Shown piece after piece: positions 24,386 to 36,284 of a stretch of 64,000 bases of DNA. The position numbers were made by a program, and so were the translations under genes. The notes below the pieces were generated by a model. The model worked only from the letters and a program-made list of their open reading frames with translations. It made no database searches and was not told the DNA's origin. Each line of letters starts with the position of its first letter. Positions within the stretch are counted from its first letter, which is position 1. Origin of the DNA: Octopus sinensis (Eukaryota); contig NC_043010.1 of NCBI RefSeq assembly GCF_006345805.1, positions 17,732,001-17,796,000 on the forward strand. The letters run 5' to 3'.

Positions 24386-25849
24386 ACTGATTACTCCCAA
24401 TGGCAATTTCAGGCAAAGAAGCCTAGAAAAGAAAAAAATTACAACTATAAATACAAATACAATAAAGAAAATACTGAGTGAATGCGTTATTTTGGAAGGA
24501 GGGTGTGTGACCTGCTCTTTGCAAATTTAACACACATACATATATATATTCGTATATTGAAGGTAGATCTAGTATGGCCTTCGCAGTGATGACTAAAATA
24601 ACATCATCTCAACAGACACCAGTTTTCACTTCAATAGTGCTGACCATTGCTAATCCTAGCAACCCCTACTAACTTATATATTTCTGCAGGGATTAAATAA
24701 GAACAGTCTCCAAATGCTCTTTCTGACCTATCTACACTAAATCTCAGTTTAAATGACAAACAAGCAGCAAATAAATAAGAGAAATACCAGATATGAATGT
24801 AATTGTTTATGAAACCCAATAAACTGTGAAGGGCCTGTGTTTTCTTCCAGTTTCATGGTTTGAAATGGAGGAGATATCTTTTCGTGGCTAAAATCAGTTA
24901 ACATTTTGAGATGATGTTGCCTACACCCTGGTGAACTTAAGGCAATCAAGTATTCTACCCAGAAACATAAGGAAACACTTCACCTATGGAGTTTGAATTA
25001 TCATTCTATCAGCAGGTAGGTAATTCAATACAGTACCACCTTAGCCACCTTACCTGTACAGTACAGGTGAAGTATTCAATGGATTTCACATGTTTCAGTA
25101 CAATATAAAGGTGAACAACAGAATGCTAACAGATGACTTACCTATGAGATCTACCCAAGCAGTTAGATGTGCAAGACGGTTTATCAAAGAAATCTATATT
25201 GAAGAGGAGGCTGCAATAATATAGGAATGGAGAAGTGAAGAAAACTCATCTTGATTTTGTTCTTTCACAAAGTTTATGAAGAATTGCCAATCATGTAAGT
25301 TCCAATTTTAGTAGAACCAGAGGTGGTACAAACATTTCTCTGCTTTATCTATTATACATACAGTCACAACTGTTGAGAGAACATACAAATAAAGGCGGGT
25401 TATAATTAATGATTTTTAACCAATAATTATTTTAACACAGAATTGAAATTTTGTGGTCAAATGTGTTAGAAAATGGCAAGTGATTGTCATAGCTATAACG
25501 TTAGGGATAAACACCAGACTGGATTGGCTTGAAACTTGGTTTCAGACGACTTTCAATGAAAAAAAGGTCTATTTTCAATAAGGCTGATTGCCACGTAAAA
25601 AGCACTGGTGTTGGTGCAAAGAAATATGCACCTGTGCTGGTGCCACATAAAAAGCACCAAATACACTGAAACCTGGTGCAGCTGCTATCAAACCGACCGA
25701 CAGCATGAAAAACAGACGTTAAATGATGATGAGCATCATCAGCTCCTCATAGTTCTTCTAAATGCTGCAAGGTTGGGATACATTGCCAGCTTCGATTTGA
25801 CATCGCTTTTCCTATTATGAATAATTAAAAACACAACGTTAGGTGTTCC

Positions 25850-27500
25850 TCAACTTTAGTAAAAGCTTCGGCTTTTGTAGGTTTGTAACTCGTTCTTTAT
25901 TGGTTGTTCCACTGGCAGGAAAACTACTTCCGTGTAGCAATAGAACTGGAAGAGATGTGTCTAACGGGGAAAAAGATGCAAAGAGCAGAAATGAAAATGA
26001 AAACACTGGCAAGTCAGTGAAAAATGAACGCGCGGATTTGTTGATGCTATATTCCTGGTCATAACAAGTGTTAATTTTCAGACTGAAGGGCCAAACAAAA
26101 CAATACGTGTGTGTTTAATGTAATATAATATAATGCGGGAATAGAAACTTTCCACATCAGTCGTTAACTGCCGAGGAATAAAACAGTGTCAGCTTCCTTT
26201 CAAGATCCTTGAACCGAAAAAATACGCCATCTTCATTAACTTCGATGAGGAGGATTTTATCAATTATGCTGAACATAGGGAAGACATAAAGCAATGCAGT
26301 TATTTTTTTCTCTTCACTTTAAAATTTCATGTCTCGTACCTACAACACGAGAAACTGTTACTTCAAGCAGACGAAATTATAAATACCCCCAGGAAGACAC
26401 TGATAATGATTGAAATAAAATCATGAAATAAGGGACTGCGATTATGTTAAAAATTTGGTACTTTAATAAAACTGCATTTCACCACGTGTCAAAAACTAAT
26501 TGTTGTTTTCCAGCCCCGCCATCTCTACATGTGCTTTCAAAGCAACCAACATCAACAAAAAAGAAACTGATGAGATCATTGTCAGCTTCAATAAACAATC
26601 GATAGAAAATTAACGATTAACATTCGTTGTAATTTATATATTGATTTCAATGCGTTGTACAAGCGAGAAACAAAAAACGAATGTGATTGCATATAATTGT
26701 GGCAGGTGAAAGCAAACTCGTTAGCTCTCTGCTGTTATTTAATTATTGAAGACCGAAGAAGCCAACCCTGCCTGATACGTTTGAAATGAAATGTAAACGA
26801 GAGGAAACTGAAAATAGGAGCTATTGGGATGTCTTTAGGAAATACATGAAACAATTCATCGTAAGAACATTCTAACATCGAGTCAACTCCAGACATTGGT
26901 ACTACTTTAGAACAGTGGTCCCGGTGCGCGCACTCGCGTATCCGCGCTAGCTAGTCATGACTAGTCGATCCTGACTGTGTTTTTGTGTTATTTACTTTAT
27001 TTTAAAAAATCATTCTCAAGTAGTTCCCAGACATTTTAGGACATTTAGACATCAAAACATTGAATGTTGGAACATGACTGCTGACTGTGGGGACAAAGCA
27101 TAATCAAACAGCTCTCCATTAGCCTTGGACTGAAACACAAAATGTATTATTTAAACAGTGATGATTCGCAGGACGAGGACGATTTTTTAGAATTATTATT
27201 AAATAAAAAATATTCAGGAGAAAGGAAAGGGAAAAAAAAACAACAGAACGCTGATGTTGGGAAGGAATATTAAGGAATAATGGAGAAATATATACGACGG
27301 ATGTTGTGTGGTTAGTTAAACGAAGGCAAGAGATTACAGTAGAAAATCTGAAATACACGGTTACCTGTTTAATAATTGCTAAACCATGTCAGAGGGATTC
27401 GAAGTGTTTGTATTGACGAGAGAAACAAATACAGACGGACATGTTGGAAATTTGTCTAAAAAACGAAAAGTAGGCGATCGTCGATTGGCTGGATTTAACC
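25850..27500 (-). promoter_or_regulatory. CpG-retaining promoter / 5' UTR region of C2orf42
   Basis: CpG clusters (e.g. 26920-26950 TGCGCGCACTCGCG), YY1-type AGATGGCG on the minus strand at 26225-26233 and 26517-26524, CACGTG at about 26483, CCAAT box at about 27484. TSS not determinable. Confidence 0.5.
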
Positions 27501-27849
27501 ACATGATATTAACTTTTATTTCATTGGTTAAACACAAAGATCCGTACACCAACTCACACATACACATACGCATATACATACATACACACACGCACGCATG
27601 CACGCACACACACACACACACACGCATGACCACATATATACATCATACATACACACACACATGTAATCACAACAACTACTGCTTCAACCTCACCTCCCCT
27701 ATTTGCTCTCTTCATGCAGTTATTTGGTTATCAACCAGACAAAAATACCCAGGAGTACCAACTGCATGAAATCTTAACAGCAAAGCTGGCACACTTGATG
27801 TAGTAACACCAAGAAATTTTATTTCATTAAATTTCCTTCTTGATTATAA

Positions 27850-28430
27850 TAATAATAATAATAATATGCCCTGATGCAGTACCAGGCAGTGGCTCTCATG
27901 GCTTCTGATCTTAATTGATTGGAAGTGTTATCATGTACATTGTTTTGTCTTGGTATAAAAGATGGGCTACAGCAAATATTCTGCTCAATATCACAGATTT
28001 GCTTATCAGTTGTTTCACCTTAACCAGTTGAGCATGTCCTTTTGTGGCTGACAGCATGTGCATCTCTGATCACAAGCAGAAGTAGTGGGGGAGCATCATA
28101 GCCGTGTGTTAAGGATTCTTAGGGGTTTGAATAATTCACCTCTGGAAACATAGATGTTTCGTTCAACATCCTTAAACAACCCTTATTCAGGGACCTTTTG
28201 AGTGGGATGGGTTACTCGACCAGAAGAAAATTCTAAGTGGGCCCCACCTGCAAGGTCGTGTGCTGTTTATCTTGATATGAGATCACCATGTCGCACACAT
28301 ATGGTTGTGATGCATGTGCCTAGTGTACCCTTATCAGACGAGTAGTCATGATGGGTATACTGGGCTTCATATATTTTATCCCAGTGTCACTTTGATGGTA
28401 TGCACTACTTTCTCACTTAATAATAATAAT
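27850..28430. repeat. ~550-bp interspersed element bounded on both sides by (AAT)n tracts
   Basis: Higher-GC block between (ATA)n at about 27845-27866 and (TAA)n at about 28417-28432. Class uncertain. Confidence 0.4.
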
Positions 28431-30900
28431 AATCCTTTCTACTAAAGGCACAAGGTGTGGAATTTGGTGGGAAGAGGGCAAGTCACCTACACCAACCTCA
28501 GTGCTCCACTGGGACTTATTTCATTGACTCCGAAAGGATGAAAGGCAAAGTTGATTTTACCATAATTTGAACTCAGAACGTAACGACTGGTGAAATACTG
28601 CCAAGCATGGAAAGCGGATGTTAAATGATGATGATATATATATAAATCATATTCAATGACTGACACCCGTGCCACTGGAGCGCTAAGAGCACCATCCGAG
28701 CCTGATTGTTGCCAGAGTAGTTGACTGGCTTCCACGCCGATGGCACATAAAAATGCCAGTGGCACGTAAAAAACATTCAAGCGAGGTCGTTGCCAGTGCC
28801 ACTGTACTGGCTCCTGTGCAGGTGGCACGTAAAAGCACCCACTATACTCTCAGAGTGGTTGGCACTCAGAAGGGCATTCAGCTGTAGAAACTCTGCCAGA
28901 TTAGATTGGAGACTGGTGCAGCCATCTGGTTCATCAGTCTTCAGTCAAATCGTCCAACCCATGCCAGCATGCCTTTAAAACGAATGAAGGTTCTCAGGCA
29001 ACAGTCCTATTGTCTTCTCACAAGAACTGTAATGTCTTCTGGTCAGATCTGAAGAAATAATTATTCTACTGATGCTGTGGTGGTGTGTACCAATGTTTTG
29101 GCTTTTATTCAAGACACAGTTACGAATGAAGATATGACAATCAGGCCTTTAGGAAGAAATAGAGAATTGTAATTTCCCATCCTGATGTTTTAACGACTGG
29201 TTGTTGAAAAAACTGAAAGATGGATCCAAATTTAACCCCTTAGCTTTTAACTGGCCAAGTCTTACCCAAATATTCTACCTGGTTTTAAGTTCAAACTGGT
29301 AAGATCTGGCTTCTCGCACCAACCTTACAATGTCAATCTAAAAAGACAAAAACCACATCAATATCTCAAAGCTATGAGACACTGCAGGATTAATTGAAAA
29401 CCATAGGGATTAGATTTGGCAGGAATTCCAACCACATTTCATAGTTCGCTACCTCATCATCTCCCTTGTAGGATCCTGTAGCTAAAGACATCATCTGGAG
29501 AAACCATGTCCAGTTTTGGCCCCTACTCCTCTACCGTTTTCGACCTGGTGCCCCCTCCACTTTCGGCGGTGTCTTCGGCTCTGGTGTTGAGTGCATTTTT
29601 TTTCTTTCTCCTTTTCTCTTTTGGTTTATTCGATGCAGCGTCAACAAATGTCAGCGGGCGAATGACCATCCTGTCAAATTTCCCTTTAAATACTCACTGG
29701 TAGGCTCCAGCAGCCAACACCAGCTAACTGTCACATGCTACTATCTAAGCTTCAACTGACCAAAGGGGAAAGACACAGAGTTTAGGCCCATAGTTATTTG
29801 GGTACTAAATCTAACTTGGCAAACAAGATAATGCTGAAGAGCACAACATTAATATGAAATAGAATTTTAGCTTTCAAACAAGTCAAGACATTTCACAGAT
29901 TGCAGGTTGTCTCTGTACACCAACAGCTTCAACAGGAAAAGCGATGTTGGTTGGGAGTGGCTGTTTGGTAAGTAGCTTGCTTACAAACCACATGGTTCTG
30001 GGTTCAGTCCCACTACGTGGCACCTTAGGCAAGTGTCTTCTACTATAGCCTCAGGCCGACCAAAGCCTTGTGAGTAGATTTGGTAGATGGAAACTGAAAG
30101 AAGCCCGTCGTATATATGTATATATATATATATATATGTATGTGGGTGTATATGTTTGTGTGTCTGTGTTTGTCCACCAACATCGCTTGACAACCGATGC
30201 TGGTGTGTTTACATCACCATAACTTAGCGGTTCGGCAAAAGAGACCGATAGAATAAGTCCTGGGGTTGATTTGCTCGACTAAAGGCGGTGCTCCAGCATG
30301 GCCACAGTTACGTAACTGAAACAAGTAAAAGAGTAAAGCAGTTTAATAGATATGGAAGTTTACAGTAATTCAGTGCTTCTTCGATGTTACAACAGATTAC
30401 ATAAATTGCAAAATTTTAGGTAATTCAGGACATGAAAAATTTTGTTTTACCCCTGTTATACAGTCGATCAAACCATACACGATGCTTGTGTCTGACAACC
30501 GGACACATTGCCCCGACATGCAAAGTGGTTTCTCGTCTTTGAAGCTCAGCTTCTTATTTAATAATCCCATCATAACTGTTTCTTCACAAACACCTAATTT
30601 ATTAAAGCTTTTATCTTTTCTTTTGTCTGTCATTAAACTGCGACCAAGCTGGAGCATTACTTAGAAGCATTGTTAGTTGAATGAATTGATCCCAGGACTT
30701 TTTTTTAAAGTCTGGTACTTATTCTGTCAGTCTCTTTTCCCAAACTGCTAAGTTATGGAGATGTAAACACACCAACACCAAGTAGTAGGGAATGAATACA
30801 CATACGTGTGTGTGTATATATATATAATAAAATATTAGGGAATAAATCCAAACTTACAGGGAAAAATCAGATTTAGGATTGAATCCAATTTTATAGTAAA

Positions 30901-31150
30901 ATATATTATATTAAATTTGAGATAAAACCACTATTAGGCAAATCATACAATGAAAAACTTAAGTCAATACATAAGATTAATTAATTTATATTATTTAAAT
31001 ATATATCAAAATTATTAAAAAAGATAATTAATATAACTTTTTTGATATATAATTAAATAATATAAATTAATTAATCTTATGTATTGGCTTAAGTTTTTCA
31101 TTGTATGATTTGCCTAATAGTGGTTTTATCTCTAATTTAATATAATATAT
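30901..31150. repeat. AT-rich foldback, ~110-bp arms, ~30-nt loop
   Basis: GAGATAAAACCACTATTAGGCAAATCATACAATGAAAAACTTAAG is mirrored by CTTAAGTTTTTCATTGTATGATTTGCCTAATAGTGGTTTTATCTC. Confidence 0.85.
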
Positions 31151-31189
31151 ATAGCACTACCTTTTGTATAATCTAGGAATACATTATCC

Positions 31190-31774
31190 AAATAACTTTC
31201 TTTGTTTAAGACAGCAAAATGCAATTTGTGAGATATTTGAGCCGCTCTCCAGCCATCTATTTAAAACTGTATACAGCTATGGTACGACCACACTTGGAAT
31301 TCGCATCATCAGTTTGGAATCCCTATCTTGCTCAGAACATTGACCTCCTGGAATCTGTCCAGAGACGTGCAACCAAACGCATACTCTCCATCAGACACCT
31401 ACCATATTCTGAGCGCCTTGTTTCCCTGGGCATGGATTCACTGAAGCTCCGGCGTCTGGCAAAGGAATTGGTAAACACCCACAAGGTTATCAACCACCTC
31501 ACCAACAACAACACTGAACACCTTTTTGATCTCCATGTGTCTAACACACGTGGACATGCCTACAAAGTCAGAAAACAACACAGCTCCCATGACTTTCGGA
31601 AACATTTTTTCACGCTCAGAGTTGCTGAAGCATGGAATAAACTGCCTGCGTCAGTTGTTGACTGCCATGACACTGCATCCTTTAAGGCCCTCATGTTTTC
31701 CGAAATCCGCCGAAACTACACCTGATTATATATACACTTTAGATGAGTTGTAGTGCACCTGAGCACTGTACACA

Positions 31775-31800
<26 letters not shown>
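31190..31800 (+). mobile_element. CR1/L2-group LINE 3' end
   Basis: LYTAMVRPHLEFASSVWNPY...LESVQRRATK...TRGH...FFTLRVAEAWNKLP and an (ATT)n tail. Confidence 0.88.
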
Positions 31801-31806
<6 letters not shown>

Positions 31807-33699
31807 CACAGGCTTCTTTCATTTTCTGTCAAACAAATCCACTCACAAGGTTTTGGTCTGCCCTAGGCAATAGTAGAAGACACTTGCCTAAGGTACTGCA
31901 CATTAGGACTGAACCTGGAATCATGTTTGGAAAGCAAACTCCTCACAACACAGTCATACCTAAACTTCTTCACCTGATGTCAACCACAGCTTCTGTGGAC
32001 AAGAGCTAAGCTTTCTAATACACATTCGTTTGCAAATCCTCGTCACTTTCACATTGAACATTCAACCAATCAGTCACTCAGGAACCAATTAACTCAGTCA
32101 GCCATTGGTTATACTATCAATAATTAGATATTTACTTAAGCAGTCAATTAAATGCAGATCACTAAACGAACCGAGTGAAGCCTTCAGAAATAAATCAGAA
32201 AACAATCCAATAATTTGGACAAGGTAGGAACCTATTTCTTCATTTAGGTCCTTTCTGCGTTTTATAGCAACAGACCCAAGGCCCATTTTGTACTCTTAGA
32301 GTGAAGTTAGTCTATTTTAGAGTTACAGGGCTGTCATTGAACCTGTTATTTTAGGGAGCATTTCATCATCATCGTTTAACGTCTGTTTTCCATGCTGGCA
32401 TGGGTTGGATGGTTCGACCGGGGTCTGGGAAGCCAAGAGGCTGCACCAGGCTCCAGTCTGATCTGGCAGTGTTTCTACAGCTGGATGTCCTTCCTAACGC
32501 CAACCACTGTGAGTGTAGTGGATGCTTTTTACGTGCCACCAGCATAGGTGCCAGGGGAGGCTGGAAACGGCCATGATTGGTTGGTGCTTTTTACGTGCCA
32601 ATTCTTAAACCAGTTACTCGACATCAAACAGCAGAGGTTGTGGAAGAAGCAGACAACTTCTCCTTCTTGTCTAGGGTGATTAACTGTGATAGAAGTAAGT
32701 GATGTGTACAGTAGAATTAAGTAGGAGTTGTATTCCTGCAAATGTGCCAAAACTGGGCACCACCAAGCCCCAGTATTGACATGAAGGTCTGGCGATATGG
32801 TTCAATAGTTCAGCCAACGGTGCTGTCTGGCAGTGAAATATGGAAAATATCAGCAAAGATTGCCAAAGAAACTGGACACATTTCCCTAATTTTGCTAATA
32901 AAAGATGTTTAAAATAACCTGATGAGAAAGAATTATGAAATCCTTCATTAAAGCAAATAATCCCAGCCACAAGACATCATGGCACAGCATCAGTTTTACC
33001 CAACAGATTGTATTTTGGTGCCAGTCATACTTGAAGACTGCAAGGAAAGGGGAAATGGAAAAAGGGACCAATCCATGAACAGCTGGGATCAGACATTCCC
33101 CAAAGACTTCAAATGTACAATGACCAGTTCCAGAAGAAAGAACTGAACCAGATCAATTCGGAATGTGAGGAGGCTTGCTGCATTATTTATATCACAACAC
33201 AGAGTGATCTAAGTTGAAGTAAGTTACTTGACAAAACTTAAGAGCTAAGAACCCATCACAAAATGGTTTGGGGATAATTCCCACTGCATGGTGCCTTGGA
33301 CAAGTAGAATTTCATAGATGCATTTGTGTGTGTGTGGTTGTAAAAGCAGAATTCAAGGAGACTGGTGGTCGGTGCCAGTAAGAACTGGGAAGTAGAGATT
33401 TCAAATATTCCAGAGGAAGTCCTACTTGAGGATTGAGACTAAAAGGAGAAACAAGACAGAAGTGCTTTACAGTGTCTGTGTGAGTGGCTGGAAGTAAGTG
33501 AAGGGGAACACAACATCATAAGAGAGTTTGTACAGAGAGGAAGTAATGAGGAAGGCAAATGTGATAGGAGTTGGTCCAAAATATCAGAAATTCTACTCTG
33601 CATTGAGTATTAACTTTTACTGTTACCTAAATGTAAGTATAGGTGTGTGTATGTGTGGTTGTTTAGCTGTATAAACCAGTATTGCAACCATTTATGTCC

Positions 33700-34030
33700 C
33701 AAACACTAACTTAGCTTTTGGGTGAAGAGACAAGGATTTAAAAATGTGTAACGGGTCAATAAAATTGGCCAAAAGCTTTCGATTAGGGAGCAAATATTTA
33801 AGAAAAAGTGGAGGTGGATTGGTAGCACAATTAGAAAAGACACACCAAATGTAGCGAAAAGTGCTTTACAGTGGAAACCGGATGGATACAGAAGGAGAGG
33901 TAGGCCTAAGAACTCGTAGTGGAGATCAACACAAAAGGAACTAGAGAGAAAGGGGGACATTCATGGCAGAGTATAAGTACAGAAGCCAAATATTATGCAA
34001 CATGGAATTCAACAATAAGTGGCTTATACT
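33700..34030 (+). mobile_element. Old RTE-type LINE C-terminal fragment
   Basis: KKWRWIGSTIRK...ALQWKPDGYRRRGRPKNS. A weaker similar fragment lies at about 32780-33170. Confidence 0.6.
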
Positions 34031-34292
34031 CCGTGTTGGAGGGTTAAAGGTATAAAGAAAGAAGAAAAGCTTTGAGCATGGTGCCCCAGCATAGCCACAG
34101 TAAGGGATTAAAAGGAGAGGTCATCAACAGATGGTTAACTGAAATTGGAAATTTAATCAATTATTTAGAAAGAAAATGAGATTTTTCCTCAAATGTTTAC
34201 TTTCTCAATGATTTTGATTAAATTGCAAACATAAAAAATAATTTAATGAAAATAAGCAATTATTGTTTTAATTAGTTTTAATTAGATGAGGT

Positions 34293-34469
34293 TTAAGGAG
34301 GTGTAAAGCTATGTCGTCCACTGATTATTTGCATTAAAGGAGAATGTTCAACAGTTGTTTCAGGTAATTCATTGGTGATGGAATCTGTGCTCTCCTCCAT
34401 CTGTGTTGCTCCATCACCAACACGGAGATGAGCAATCTGTCGCAGCAACGCTTTGCCTTCCTCTTTCGT
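34293..34469 (-). CDS. CDC23: CDC23 exon 14 (terminal, TAA stop)
   Basis: cttcag|ACG...TAA. TKEEGKALLRQI matches TREEGKALLRQI. Exon lengths sum to 1782 nt (593 aa + stop). Confidence 0.93.
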   Translation of the reverse strand, partial: TKEEGKALLRQIAHLRVGDGATQMEESTDSITNELPETTVEHSPLMQIISGRHSFTPP

Positions 34470-34743
34470 CTGAAGAATAAATGAAAACATTTTGATAGGA
34501 AAATCCAAATTTAAAATATTTTCATTTCAAATTGATTATAAATTAGGAGAGATTTTTTTAACAGTTTGGCTCAACTTCTTGTGGAAAAAAACCCAGTTTC
34601 TCTTTTTTTTATGGCAAAGTCTCTAAATATTATATATTTCAACACTAAATTTAAATAATAAGGGTAAAAAATTGATATTCATTTGATTAATATCAATTTA
34701 AACCAGTGGCCTAGCATATTGAAAAAAATCTGAAGATTCAGAA

Positions 34744-34790
<47 letters not shown>

Positions 34791-34799
<9 letters not shown>

Positions 34800-35241
34800 A
34801 GGAATGACCATTAGGTGGACTCCTAATATGCTAAAAGTAAACCCCATGTGGTCTAATCACTAAGAAAAAATTGTTCTCAAGAAAATTCGGCAAATGCCAG
34901 AACGTAAAGCAAGCAAGACAAATGTAAAGATACAAAATATAATGAAAGAACTGTATGTGTGTTCTCTCTCGGGAGGACGTCTCGTGTATAGTTCTGCAAA
35001 TTATATTTTCTATGACGGTTGCACTGAAGATTTGCAGACATTTACGTATGTAAATGGTAACAATGAAACTAAGGTATGTGACTAATCATTATATTTTGTA
35101 TCTTTTCATTTGTCTTGCTCGCTTTACATTCTGGCGTTTGCCGAATTTTCTTGAGAACAATTTTTTCTTAGGGGTCAGACCATATGGGGGTCTACATTTA
35201 GCATATTAGGACTCCACCTAGTGGTCATTCCTCTTATATGT
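34791..35241 (+). repeat. Foldback (~155-bp arms) enclosing a type I hammerhead fold
   Basis: Arms 34791-34945 and 35086-35241 are reverse complements. Loop 35017-35083 has all hammerhead core elements. Confidence 0.85.
35017..35083 (+). ncRNA. Type I hammerhead ribozyme candidate
   Basis: Stem I GTTGCA/TGTGAC; CTGAAGA 35024-35030; stem II TTG/CAA plus CATTTAC/GTAAATG; GAAAC 35065-35069; short stem III; GTA cleavage triplet 35074-35076. The 10.1/11.1 position is U-U rather than G-C. Confidence 0.65.
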
Positions 35242-35645
35242 GTATATTTCAACTCTAAATTTTATGAAGTAGTAGCATGGAGGCATGCACAGTAATGCAC
35301 AATGCTGCATCCACCATTTGTTGGTGATTTCCTGCTATTTCTGTGGTGGGTAACACCTCTGCCTCATTCAGGCGACAATCCTCCAACCCATGGGTGGTCA
35401 CTGTTGGTGAGGTTTTTACAAGATTGCAGTGCAAATCCTACCTCCACCTCTTTTAGTTGCCTTTTATGATGAGCAGAGGAAATGTTGGCTCTATTCCCCA
35501 CACAGCACTAGAGTAACGTGAAATGTTTTTCCCAAGAACACAACACACCACCCAGTCCAGGAATTGAACCCACAGTCTAATAATCCTAAGTGCAGCACCC
35601 TAACCACTAGACCACATGCCTTCTATGAAGATTGATAAAAATTGT

Positions 35646-36128
35646 TTAATCCTTTCGATACCAACCCAGCTGAAACCACCTCTGCCTCTGTAGTACAAAT
35701 GTCTTGTTTTCATAAGTCCTGAATTAAAATCTTCCTCCAAAGTGTAGTCACAATTTATGTTCCTAACACTAGCTGAATGATAACTAAGTTATTTTACTAA
35801 ATTCTTTGTTATATTTAAAATCAATTGAAGGAAACACAGAGCATCTCAAAATAAATACAGTAATGAAAGGGTTAAAATATATAATCGAGAAACAATTTTT
35901 AACCCTTTTGATACCAATCTGGCTGAAACCACCTCTGGCTCTGTAGTAAAAATGCCTTGTTTTCAAAAGTTTTGAATTAAAATCTTTCACCAAACCTTAG
36001 TCACAATTTACGTTCCTAACACTAGCTTAATGATAACTAAGTTATTTTACTGAATTCTTTGTTATATTTAAAATCAATTAAAAGAAACAGAGAGCATCTC
36101 AACAGAAATACGGTAAGAAAAGGGTTAA
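35646..36128. mobile_element. Tandem pair of ~230-bp TTAA-flanked MITEs
   Basis: Copies at 35646-35875 and 35899-36128, each TTAA-(C/T)CCTTT...AAAGGG-TTAA with near-identical bodies. Confidence 0.8.
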
Positions 36129-36164
36129 AAGAGAAATTCAATAAAAAAAGCAACTTTGGCTTAC

Positions 36165-36284
36165 TTCATTGTATGATGTACATTGCTGTGCAGCATGGTA
36201 AGCCTCATCAAGACGGTTCTGTCGGAGGTAGAAGTTGGCAAGGTATTTATAAGCTTGTGCCATTTCTTCACTTGCGTAGAAATT
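36165..36284 (-). CDS. CDC23: CDC23 exon 13
   Basis: ttttag|AAT...GAA|gtaagc, 120 nt. AYKYLANFYLRQNRLDEAYHAAQQC corresponds to AFRYLAQYYFKCKLWDEASTCAQKC. Confidence 0.9.

Noticed and set aside
24583-24650. C/D-box snoRNA-like GTGATGA...CTGA
   Set aside because: Antisense to the host intron, weak terminal stem, no recognisable guide sequence.
26567-26620. Other CTGANGA cores (26567, 32920, 42843, 53572 minus, 59757)
   Set aside because: They lack a properly placed GAAA, NUH triplet or stems I/III.
35040-35080. AAG|GTATGT donor-like site and ORF 34894-35085, suggesting a captured exon (Pack-type element)
   Set aside because: No acceptor or homology, and the same bases are better explained as the hammerhead stem III/GUA/stem I.
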